Source: Lama guanicoe (Eukaryota). Taken from it: 64,000 bases of DNA. This document shows positions 40,354-50,990 of the stretch, one piece after another. The notes below the pieces were generated by a model. It was given only the letters and a program-made list of their open reading frames with translations. It searched no databases and was not told the DNA's origin. Position numbers and translations under genes: made by a program. The DNA lies in the NCBI GenBank assembly GCA_013239625.1, contig MU054338.1, positions 1,304,001 through 1,368,000 of the forward strand, read 5' to 3'. How positions within the stretch are numbered: the first letter of the stretch is position 1; each line of letters begins with the position of its first letter.

Positions 40354-42985
40354 TCACCGGCAGCCGCACTCGGTGGCCACCATGTTGGGCACACGGTGCG
40401 CGCTGATGCGCCCCTCCGACAGGCTGATGAGGAGCTTGCCGGCGTAGGCCGTGGGCACGCAGCAGGGCGGGCGCGCCAGGGCCACGCCGCGGGCCTGCAT
40501 CTTCAGCAGGAGCACCACGTGGCTGCCGTACCGCGGGTTGCGGTCCGACTGCGGCCAGCCGCACGCGCCCTGGCAGTTGTTGGCCTGGTACGTCTCAGGG
40601 ATGAGTACCGAGCGCTCGGCGCGCAGGTCCACGCTCAGCTCGCGCAGCGCGCACGGCCCGTCGGCGGCCGGGGCCCCACTCCGCTCCCGGCGGGGCCACT
40701 CGGCGCGCAGGCCCTGCAGCGCCTTTAGTAGCAGCAGCGCGCGCAGCGGGCCGCCGGGGCCGCTCGGGTCCCCAGGGCACAGCGCGAGGAGGCGTGCCAG
40801 AAGTGGCGTGGCGGCTGGCGGCAGCCCGGGGAGGCCGCGCAGCTCGTCGGCCGCCCTCTGAAGCTTGGCGGCCACCCGACGCGTGAGGCCCTCAGCCCAG
40901 AGCGCGGAGGCAGGATCCTGCAGCGGCGCGGGGCCCCCAGCGGTGGCTGCGGTGGGCGGCAGGAGCAGCAGCAGAGGCTCCTCGCCGTCCAGCAGGCGCT
41001 CCAGCGCCGCGGGGTCCGACAGGTTGACCTGGCCCTGCGGGAAACCGGCCAGCGCTCCCGGGTCCAGGGCCAGACGCGGGGGCGAGGCTCGGGCCGGGGG
41101 ACCCCGCAGCGCGCGCACCAGGCGCATGAGTGTTTCCAGGAACGGGTCGGTGCTGGGGAGCGGCTCCTCGGGCTCCGGGGACGCCCTGGACAGCGGAGTA
41201 GAGGGTCACAAGGAGGTCGTGAAGGTGCAGGGTCCTTCCGCCCCCACTCCCCCACTCCAGGTCTGGGCCTGCGCGCACGTGGGCTGCGGAAAGGGCACCG
41301 AGTCCAGCTGGCCTCGCGCGGACAGAGGCACAGGCTCTTGTGGGGGCAGCAGCAACAGGGCCGGGGTCATCCGTGTGAAGCAGCGGGAATCCGCGCCAAA
41401 CAGCAGGGCCTGCATCTGGGCAGTGCTCAGGGGGGCACCTGCGGGGTGGGGGGAGGCACGTGTGTGGTGCTGGCTCAGCAGCTTGGGGTTTTGGGGTAGG
41501 GGTCAGCTGCCCGACGGGTCCCTGTCTGGGGGGGCCTACCGTTTCCGCGGTGCCGCAGGGTCAGAGCAAGCCCAGGGCTGCGCCAGGCCACCTCCGGGCG
41601 GTCCACAGCCAGCACCAGGTAACCGGAGTCCGGAGCTGGACAGAGACTCTGCAGAGATGGGAGCTCAGCCAGGCAGGGCAGGGCTGCCGGGTGCCAGCCC
41701 TGCTCAGCCTACTGCTCTTAATACCCCTTCAGGATTCCAGCCTGGACCTTGGCAGCCTTTCTGTTAAGCAGTTAGAAAACCCCATCGCCCTCCCTTGCCA
41801 GGAGTGAGGGCTCCTGGGGCCCAGGGACAGCCCCCTCAACTCCCTGGTACCTGGGTGCCGGGCAGCCCAGTCCCGGTGACGGTGACCTCAGGGCCGGTTC
41901 CTGGGTACAACACCAGCAGGGCCAGCTCCAGGGGACTGGCTCCTCCAGGTGGAGGCTCCTGGAACTTCAGCGAGGGCGTCAGCTCCCACATCACTGTGGC
42001 CAGAACAATGGAGGAAGGATGCCTGAGCCACGGAAGCCGGAGCCCCTCCCGCCAAGCCTGTTTTGTCCTGCAGGCAGGAAAGGCCCCACCTGAGCAGCAG
42101 CTGGTCTGACGCCCCTGGGACATGGGTGGCCTGAGAGGAGTGTCAGACAAACCGGGTGGGCGATCGGGCTGCCACCTGTCACCTCTGAGCCCTTGGTAGT
42201 GGGTTTGAGGCCAGTGGCCCCTGAAGACAGGCCACACACACCCCTACCAGGGGTCTTTAGTGGAGGGGAGGGGCCGTCCTCTGCTGGACCTTCAGGCTGC
42301 GCTGGCCTCACCCCTGAGGCTCCTTCATGGGTGGAGGGGCAGGTCTGGGAATGGGAGGTCTTCCAGCCTCTAGACGTGGCAAACATCAGGTCACCCACCT
42401 TTCTGGCCATCAGTCTCAACTTCTGGAGGAGGCCTGGAGGGGGCTGGGCTGGGGGCTCTGGCAGAACCCAGTCTCTGGAGAATGGTGGCTGCCTCCCATC
42501 CCTGCTCCCGGCTATAGCCCCCACATACCTTCCTCCAGGTGCAGGACCACCAGCCGCCGCCCCCCGGACTCCCCTAGCCACGCCTGCAGCTGCTGTAGGT
42601 GGGGCAGGGCAGCCTGCCTACCGCTGGAGGGGCAGACCCCGAAGGTGGCCAGGTCGCGAGGGCCCCAGTGGGCATGCTGCACAGCCTCCAGGAAGGCCTG
42701 CTCGTAGCCACTCAAGGCCCCCACCACCCGCAGGAGAGCACTGCTCCCATTGCCACCCCCACCCAGGGTCACCAGGCACAGAGGATCCCCAGCGCTGCCT
42801 GGTGGCCGGATGCTGGGGGGTGGCCATTCCCAGTCTTGGTGGAAGATGAGCCCCCCGGTGTCTGTAGTTGGCTCCCCAGGCAAGGTAGGGGTGCTGGAGG
42901 TCTCTTCCCTGGGGGTCCCGGCCCTCAGCAGAGCCCCCAGCGCCGACAGCACCAGGGCCAGCCGAGAGAGGGGCGGGCCCTGCAT
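40354..42985 (-). CDS. AMH: Anti-Mullerian hormone precursor (TGF-beta family), 566 aa
   Basis: Exons 42985-42529, 41993-41851, 41648-41540, 41438-41279, 41185-40354 (1701 nt). Signal peptide [21 protein letters not shown]-terminal cystine knot [10 protein letters not shown]...[10 protein letters not shown]...PPCCVPT...MVATECGCR*. Confidence 0.98.
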
Positions 42986-43014
42986 TCTGGGTGCTTCCAG
43001 GGGCTGGGCTGCCC

Positions 43015-43225
43015 TGGCTTATATGGGCGAGCAGGGCTGTTTGTGCAGGAGGGCAGCCCCTATCTCTCGGGATGTGACCTTGGGGGCCAGCACCCGCTGG
43101 GAGCTTGGGCACGCCAGGCGGCCTTCTCAAAGCTCCTTCTGTTCTGACCTGGCTAGCTATCTCCTCCTGACCAGTGATAGGAAGTGTGGCCTGTGACCCA
43201 CTTGTCAACGGCTGTCCTTGACAAG
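43015..43225 (-). promoter_or_regulatory. AMH proximal promoter (TATA, GATA, SF-1/NR5A1 x2, SOX9 sites)
   Basis: On the minus strand: TATAAG at ~43023-43018, AGATAG at ~43065-43060, CAAGGTCA at 43082-43075, CTTTGAGA at 43132-43125, AGATA at ~43162-43158, TCAAGGACA at 43221-43213. The order matches the established mammalian AMH promoter. Confidence 0.88.
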
Positions 43226-43782
43226 TTTTCCCCTTTGGAGACAGGAGTCTCTGGGACTGTGAGCAGGGAGTGAGTGGCCCAGATGGACCAGACTATCAAC
43301 AGCTCCAGGTCAGGGGTGGGGGCGGAGAGGGCCAGCGCTCCTGCCCCAGACGGCCGCGCACCAGCCCGAGGAAAACACATCTCCCTTGCTCAGATTGTGG
43401 CCAGGCGCGCCTGGCGGGCCCCGCCCCCGCGTGCTGGCCCCCCCATGCGCCCCGAAGGGGAGCGAGCAGCTACTGCTTTCCTCTGAGGAGAGCCCCAGAC
43501 GCGCTGCTGGCTCGCAGGCTGTCCCACCCAGGGGCCATCCACTTGTGTCCTGCTGGTGTCCTGACCCTGGGCCACCTCCGAAGGCGCTGGAGGGCACCTG
43601 TGTGTATTCACTCACTGCAAGCCATTGCCCCGGCCCGCCCACTGACACAGTAGAACACTCCAGGGTCGGCACGGACTCTTTAATGGGCTCTAGGGGCCCA
43701 GCCCTGTACAAAAACACCCAACTGCACTCCAGGGGGAAGCACAGGAAAACAAAAGCAGACTTGCTAGGACAGGGGCAGCTTT

Positions 43783-46700
43783 TCAGTTGGTTGGGGGAGG
43801 GGGAGGAATGTTCCCAGGCCCTTCGGAGGGCAGTGGGGGCCTCAGCATTGGGGGCATGGGAGTTGGGGGATGAACCCCAGGATTGGAGGGGTGAACTCCA
43901 GGAGGCTGGGGATGGACCCCAGGAGCCGGAGGATGGACCCCAGGAGCTGCTGGGTGGACCCCAGGAGGTGGGGGGTGGACTCCAGGAGGCTGGGGGTGGA
44001 TCCCAGGGGCTGCTGGGTGGACCCCAGGAGCTGGTGGATGGACCCCCGGGGCCTGGGGGTGAACTGCAGGAGCTGGTGGATGGACCCCCGGGGCCTGGGG
44101 GTGAACTGCGGGAGCTGGAGGGTGCACCCCTGGGGCCTGGGGGTGAACCCCAGCAGATGGGGGAGGATGGACCCCTGGTGCTGGAGGGTGGACCCCTGGT
44201 GCTGGAGGATGGACTCCCGGGGCTGGAGGGTGTACTCCAGGAGCAGGGGGGTGAACCCCAGATGCTGGTGGGTGGACCACTGGTGCTGGTGGGTGGACCC
44301 CAGGAGCTGGGGGATGCACCCCAGATGTTGGAGGATGGACTACTGGTGCTGGGGGATGGACACCGGGAGCTGGTGGGGGCAGCTGGGGAGGGCCCGGGGG
44401 CCCTGAGGGTGCAGGCCCGCTGGGTGGCATGGGCGGCAGGGGTAGGCCTCCCGGCGGGGGTGGTGGCAAAGACTCGGGGAGTGGCGGCCGAGGAGGCAGG
44501 CCATTCATCAGTGGGGGTGGGGGCCGTTTCACCCCTGGAGGCCCGGCGGGGAGGCTCGGTGGGGCCGGCGGCTTCTCCATCTTAAAGTGGAACTGGAGGA
44601 AAAACTGGAAAAAAAGAAGGGGCTGAATGGGACCCCTTGGGGCCCTGGCTGTGAGAAGGTTCTGGAGTTGCCCAGACTTGGAGTGACTCACCTGTTTGGT
44701 TTCCCGGTTCCAGTGAGTCCAAAACTTGCCTTCAGCCTTGTCAATCTCCCTGCTCGGCACCTGTGTGGGGTGGGGGCGGGCAGAAGCAGGGCTTCAGGAC
44801 CCTGAGGAGGCCCCCTGTGAGGGCAGGGTTGAGGTTTCAGGGTAACAGTCACTGAGGCCGCTGCTTAGCAACCCGTGGGCCATCTTGCCCCGCCCAGCCC
44901 GGCTCCGGGCCTCTGCTTCTTGGCAGGCACCCAGCCTTCAACTCGTGCGCTGCGTTGTCCTTGGCCACCCCCTCAGCAGGCCAGGCCCGAGGGGACACCT
45001 CCAGCCTGGTCAGGAGGGGACACCCCAAGTGGGCCCGAGGCCACCTGCCTGGATGGAGCAGACCCTCTGGCTGGCTCCCCACCTCACAAGATCCTGGACC
45101 CGCTACCTTGAAGGCGATGGTCTCGTAGGGCTCAGCAGCCATGAGCAGGTATTGCCAGCGCCGGTCCGGTGGCTCGATCCTCTGCTCGTAAGCAGACATG
45201 AAGCGGTGGCGCGGCATGATGCCCTCGGCGATCTCAGGGTAGTCGATCTGTGGGGACACGGGCGGGTGGCATCACTGCTTTCTGGGGCCCCTCCCCTCAG
45301 GACAGGGTCCCCGCGGCCTCAGCTCACCTGGAAGAGGAGGCTCTGCTGGCCCACCTCCGTGTCCCTCTGCTTGGTCACTGCAACAAGGGCAGGTCTCAGG
45401 ACCAAGTCGGCTCATCTCCCCCGAAGACAAGGGACCCTGGTGCTGGCTGAACACCGCCCACAAACAGAAGCGCGTGCCCTGGGGGACGCTGCCTGGCTGG
45501 CGAACGCCCATGGCCCTCCCTCCACAGCTGGACGGGCACTGCCCACGGGTGGGGGCTGTGCCGCGGGGGCCCCCACCCCAGACCTGGGAGCACCGAGTGT
45601 GTGGGTTGAGGCTGCACCCCCGCTTCCGGGAGAGGGTGCCCCTCGCTTCAGAGCTCTGCAGCTCCTGGCTGCTCTTCACACAGCTCCTGGGCACACTGCA
45701 CTCCCCGAGGCCCCAGTGTCCCCCCACGACACCCAGAAGAGGCAGGATGGCCTATCGTGGCCAAGAGGCCTTTGGTGGCCTCCTCGGGTGGATGCTGCCA
45801 CCTTAGCCCTGGTTCACCAAGCAGGCCCACCCCAGGGCCTTTGCCAGCCACACACAGCATGTCTCCACTTTGGGAGGAACACCTGCCAGGCAGCCTGCCC
45901 TCCTTCCTCCCAGGAACACAGTCCCGGGCTCCAGTCAGGCCACCTTCCCAGCTTCCTGCTTCAGGTGACCCAGGCGCTGCTGCTGACACAGACCCTCACC
46001 CTAACATCCTCCTTCTTGTTGGGTTAGGAGGACCCAGTACTGGTTCCCAGGTCACAGGCAGGGCCATGCCAGGGCTCGCTGTCCCCTCCCACATGCTCAC
46101 CCACCTTCACTAGGACCTCCCAAGACATCCCAACGGGTATGGAGAAGACACCTCGCTCCCCCCTGTCATGTGGGGAGGGTGATCCCTGGCTCCCAGGGGA
46201 GGAACCCTTCCGACAGGAAATGAACAGACTCCCCAGAAGGCGGTTGGAGGGGGCGTGGCTCAGGGCCAGGGCCGCCCTCACCTTTGTAGCCTGGGCGGCC
46301 GATCTTCACGAACTTCTTCACCTCCACCTTGACCTTCTCTGGCGCTGGCTGGGCAGGGGCCTCCTTGGCCTCCTTGGCCGCTCGCCGGGCCCTGTAGGCA
46401 GGACGGACACAGTGCTGTGGCCCCTCCACACGGGCCGCCAAGGCCACAGGCCCAGGTGCCAAGAGTGGCCTCCGCCTGACCTTGGAGCTGGTCTGGGAGT
46501 GAGGGGGGCAGGGAATTAGGTGGGGTGATGGGGGTGGGGTTGGGAGGTACTCACAAGTTGGTCTGATGCTTCTTCCCCTGGGTGTGTGCCAGGTAACTCC
46601 CCTGCAACAGGAGAGGGACACACAGTTCAAGACACGGGTAGAGGTGCCTGGGGGCCCTGATGGTGGCCGAGTAAACGTGGTCTAGAGGGTCTGCACAGAG

Positions 46701-49269
46701 GGGAACGAGCACCCGTAAAGGCGGAGAAGATGAAGGTCCCAGATGTCTGCGACATGGGAAGTCTCGCCGAAACTGCAGGTGCAGGTGTGGGCCCAGCTGG
46801 ACTGTGGGCGCCGCCGGGCACCTGGCAGTGAGTCCACCTCCGTGATGCCCCAGAGAGGGGATGCGCACACCAGCAGTTCTCAACTAGGGTTCTTCTGGCC
46901 CCCCAGGGAAACCGTGCCCAGGGTGGCCCCCCAGAGGACGGCCAGCCCAGTGCTGCAGGGCAGACCCACACACGCAAGACTGTTTAACTCAGTGCTGCAG
47001 CCTGCAGCTGAGAGCTGGACACAAACCAAGTCCTCACCAGCATGGTAGAGGACAGAGGAGACCAAATCTTAACTGAGGTAAGGAGCCCAGCGTGAGCGTG
47101 AGCGGTCATCAGACCACCCTGGGTGCTCAGAATGCTGACTAGGGCCAGAGCCACACCATGCAGGACAGAGGCTGGGGACAGCGGGGCTTGGCCTCTATCT
47201 GGAGTGACAGTGTTTCTCCTAGAAAGACATGTTTGAGCCGGGCCCCGCTGTGTCAGTGGCCACTTTCAGGCCGCCCGCGCCTCACTGAGTAGTGACCCAC
47301 ATCTCAGGAGTGACAAGGCCGGCGGGGCAGAGCCAGGCAGTATGGGGAGGGGAGGGGACGGGCAGGGGGGACAGGGACGGGCGGACACACCTCATTGTTG
47401 TGCAGTGTCAGGCACAACTTGCATTCATACGAGCCCAGGTGGTTTTTCATGAAGTAAGGGTCCTGAAAGGAAAGTACATTCGTCAGACAAAGGGAGGTGG
47501 CCCTGCCATGCTGGGTCCGCAGCGCCAAGGCCTCTCTCTGTCCGAGACGCATGGCTCACCCTCGGCTGGCACTGGGGGTCGTCCTCAAGGAGAGGGACAA
47601 GCAGGAGCCCTTAAGGCAGCACGTGGCCCCTGGGGTCCCGCAAACTCGGAGTCTACCCTGCCTGTCTGCACCCACAGCAAGCAAGCTCCAGGAGGGGGGT
47701 CCCCCAGGGAGCCCCTGGCCCCACACTCATGGCGACCTGGGGTCTAGAAGGAGGCAGAGCTGAAACAGCACCGTGGCTCATCACCTCCCCCCAGGACAGG
47801 CCAGCACTCCAAGTGCTGCAGCACAAGCCCGACATGGGCAGAGAGAAGCAACCAGGTCAAAGGCTGGAGGAGACCCGCGTCCCTGTGTGCCCTGTCAGTG
47901 GGGTCGGGATCCAGGGCTGACCAGTGACGCCCCTGAGAGGGGCAGCAGGGCAGGCACTTCTGACCCCAGGTGTGGAGCTGACACCAGGGGTTCAAGTCCT
48001 CATTCCCCAACCCAGTGGCTGTGCCATCTTTGCAATGGAAGTCCCACCCCACCTAACTCTGTTTCCTCATCTGGAAAATGGGGAGAGGGGATAGCTCAAG
48101 TGGTAGAGTGTGTGCTTAGCATGCCCGAGGTCCTGGGTTCAACCCCTAGTACCTCCTCTAGAAGAAAATAAATCTAATTACCTCCTCTGACCCCCACCAT
48201 GATAAAATAATTAAATGATACAATAACAAATAAATAAAATATATAAAAAAAGAAAAAAATAGAGTATCAGAACCAGCCTCACAGGCCAGGCCTGCAAGAG
48301 GCCTGGGGGGTGCCTGGCACACAGAGAGGGCCCGACACACCTCAAAGTGTAAGGGGCCACTGCACACAACACTGGGGGTCGCTCTGGCGGCTTTGCCCCT
48401 AGGGGACACCAGGCGTTGCCTGGGGCCCCTGTGTCCAGCGTACTGGGGCTGCTCCCGGCATGAGTGGGCAGGCACCAGGGACACTGCTCACCCCCCCACC
48501 CCTGAGGAATGACCTGACCCCACAGCCACACTGAGGCTCAGAAACCCTTAGTCAATCATCTGGGAAAATCCTGAGTCTGACCTCTGCTCACATCACACAC
48601 CAGAATAAACTCCAGATGGCACAAACCAGGGTAACCCCAGAATCTGAGTCCCCACCCCCACTCAGATGTGACATGTGCAGCATCCCAGGACCTCAGAGGT
48701 CAGAGGGTCATGGAGTGCGTGTTGGGGCTGGTTCGTGGAACCCCTAACCCAGGGGTCTCACCAGGGGAGGTCTGCCCCCAGGCTGCCCCACCCCCTCAGT
48801 GCCTGGGACGCCCCATATGTCCCCAGGGCCGAGAGGGGATTTGCCTACCAACAACTGCACAGATAAGTGGCTGTCCTTCCCAGCCCGTGGCTGCGGAGAT
48901 ATCCACGCATCCAGAGCCACCAGGACCCTCACCACCAGCAATTACACAGGTCTCCGGTTTAGTAAAGCTCCTGCTGTGAAACAGCCCTTCTAACGGGGGC
49001 TGTGCACAGCAGTCTCTGGCGGGCAGCTGAGGGCTGCTGCTCTTGGTCAAGTTCCCTGGGTCAGAAAGCAGGCCCCCGAGGCTGGGGGGCAGACAGCCTG
49101 CTGGTGGGCATAGGCGGTGGGAAGGGGCCTAGGGAGGAGGTACCTTGTTGATGTCAATGGTCTCCAGGGCCAGCTGCCGAAGGCGCTCCCTGCGGTCCCG
49201 GTTGCTCTCAGAGGAGGAGGCCACGCCCCCACTCCCGGTCTTGCCTCCTGGGCGATGTTGGAAGTCCAT
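43783..49269 (-). CDS. SF3A2: Splicing factor 3A subunit 2 (SF3a66/SAP62), 478 aa
   Basis: Exons 49269-49144, 47462-47391, 46601-46555, 46391-46282, 45377-45328, 45247-45107, 44760-44692, 44604-43783 (1437 nt). Starts [15 protein letters not shown], has the matrin-type zinc finger CKLC...H...H and C-terminal GVHPPAP heptads. Non-coding exon 1 ends at a GT donor at 54123. ATTAAA at 43684-43679. Confidence 0.98.
43855..44365 (-). repeat. Coding 21-bp tandem repeat encoding 24 GVHPPAP-type heptads of SF3A2
   Basis: Units counted directly in the translation of the last exon. Confidence 0.95.
48080..48259 (+). mobile_element. tRNA-derived SINE in SF3A2 intron 2
   Basis: ggggatagctcaagtggtagagtgtgtgcttagcatgcccgaggtcctgggttcaaccc plus an A-rich tail. 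Confidence 0.85.
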
Positions 49270-49524
49270 GGTCAAGGCCCTTCAGCTGTATCAGACCAGG
49301 GGAGAAACCTGTGGAGACAGGGCAGAGCAGCTGTGAGAGCCCACGCCCACCCCCATGCCCCATCTTCACCAAGTCTCTTCTAGTGGCCGAGGGCCGTCTA
49401 TGGGCCAGATACACAGGAACAAGGAATAAGGCTAAACAGGGAGTCTCTAGGTGACCGTGATGGTGCACTAGAGAGCAGTCCCTCTAGTCTGAGGGGTGCA
49501 AAGGCCCAGGGAGCCAAAATAGCA

Positions 49525-50090
49525 ACAGGAAATGTCCATCAACAGACAACTGGATAAAAAAGATGTAGTATATTTTACACAACGGAGTACTACTCAGTGA
49601 TAAAAAAGAATAAAATGCCATTTGTAGCAGCATGGATGAACCTAGAGATTGTCATTCCAAATGAAGTAAGCCAGAAAGAAAAAGAAAAATACCACAATAT
49701 CATTTATGTGTGGAATCTAAAAAAAATTTTAAAAAAAGGAAAGAAAAGAAAAAAGAGGACACCAAAAAACCCATCTACAAAACAGAAGCACACTTGCAGA
49801 CATGGTAAACAATCTTATGGTTACGGGGAAAAAGAGGTGTGAAGGGATACATTTGGGAGCTTGAGATTTTCAAATGTTAACCATTTATATAAAAAAGAGA
49901 TAAAAAACAAATTTCTTCTGTATAGCACAGGGAAGTGTATCGACTACTTCGTAGTAACCTTTAATGAAGAGGATGAATGTATGTATACATACCCACGACC
50001 AGGACATCATGCTGTGCACCAGACACTGACACACTATAACTGACTACACTTCAACGGAAAAAGAAAGTAAAAAAAAAAAAAAAAGCAAAA
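49525..50090 (+). mobile_element. Younger L1 3' end with poly(A) in SF3A2 intron 1
   Basis: aatgtccatcaacagacaactggataaa...atgccatttgtagcagcatggatgaacctagag, tatagcacaggga and a terminal A run. Confidence 0.85.
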
Positions 50091-50559
50091 AAACCCCGGG
50101 GAAGATGAAGCCCAGTTCTCATTAGTTAGCCTGACCTCCAAGAAGCCTTCCCAGACTGCCCAGCCCATGGTGTCCGCTCTGTCCTTTAAATTCCCTTCCT
50201 GCTTGTCTACACTCCCTTCTCCCAACCTAAGTTCCATTCCTCTGGCTCAGCTGTAAACTTGCTGGAGACAAGGAACATGTCACCTGTCTATGTATCCACC
50301 TCCCAGCCACCCCCACGGCCTCGCACACGATTGACATTCCAGACTCGGCTGTGGCTGAGGAAGGCTCCCCTAAGAGCTCAATGTCCCCTTCCACACCCTC
50401 GACACCCAGCCAGCTACGGCTTCCCACGCTCAGGCTCAGCTCAGAGCTGCCCCCAGGGACCTTCCTCTCATCTTATACTCTCTTCTTCACTGATCCACAC
50501 TGGCCCCGCCCCAGGTTTAAACCCATGGTATCTTGACTCTGTGGGGTTAATTTCACAGG

Positions 50560-50990
50560 GATGGTGTTGCGGAGTGAACGTGACCCCCCAGAGATGTCCC
50601 TATCCCAATCCCCAGGGCGCCTGTACCTGTCACGTCACGGGGCAGAGGGGACTTTGCAGGAGGGATTAAGGCCGGTGGGATGGGGGTGACCCTGGATTCC
50701 CAGGGGGCCAATGTGTCCTCACAGGGTCCTCATCAGAGGGAGGCGGGAGGTCAGAGTCAGAGAGAGAAGGGGGATGCTGCACTGCTGGAGGTGAGGATGG
50801 AGGGAGGGGCCGCGAGCCAGGGACGCGGCGCCTCTAGAAGCTGGAAGACGCAGGAGCCGCTTCTCCCTGGAGCCTCCGGAAGGAGTAAAGCTCAGTGAGA
50901 CTCATGCTGAACTTCTGACCTCGAGTCACGTAATAAACTGCTGCTGTTTAAGCTAGGTTTGTGCTGCTTTGCTACACCAGCCACGGGAAA
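50560..50990 (+). mobile_element. MLT1 (MaLR) LTR in SF3A2 intron 1
   Basis: Closely similar to the 33135-33582 element. Confidence 0.8.

Noticed and set aside
43386..44585. 399-aa + strand ORF with repeats
   Set aside because: Antisense shadow of the SF3A2 heptad repeat.
44885..46027. 380-aa + strand ORF
   Set aside because: Antisense to SF3A2, low-complexity GC-driven composition, no recognisable homology.
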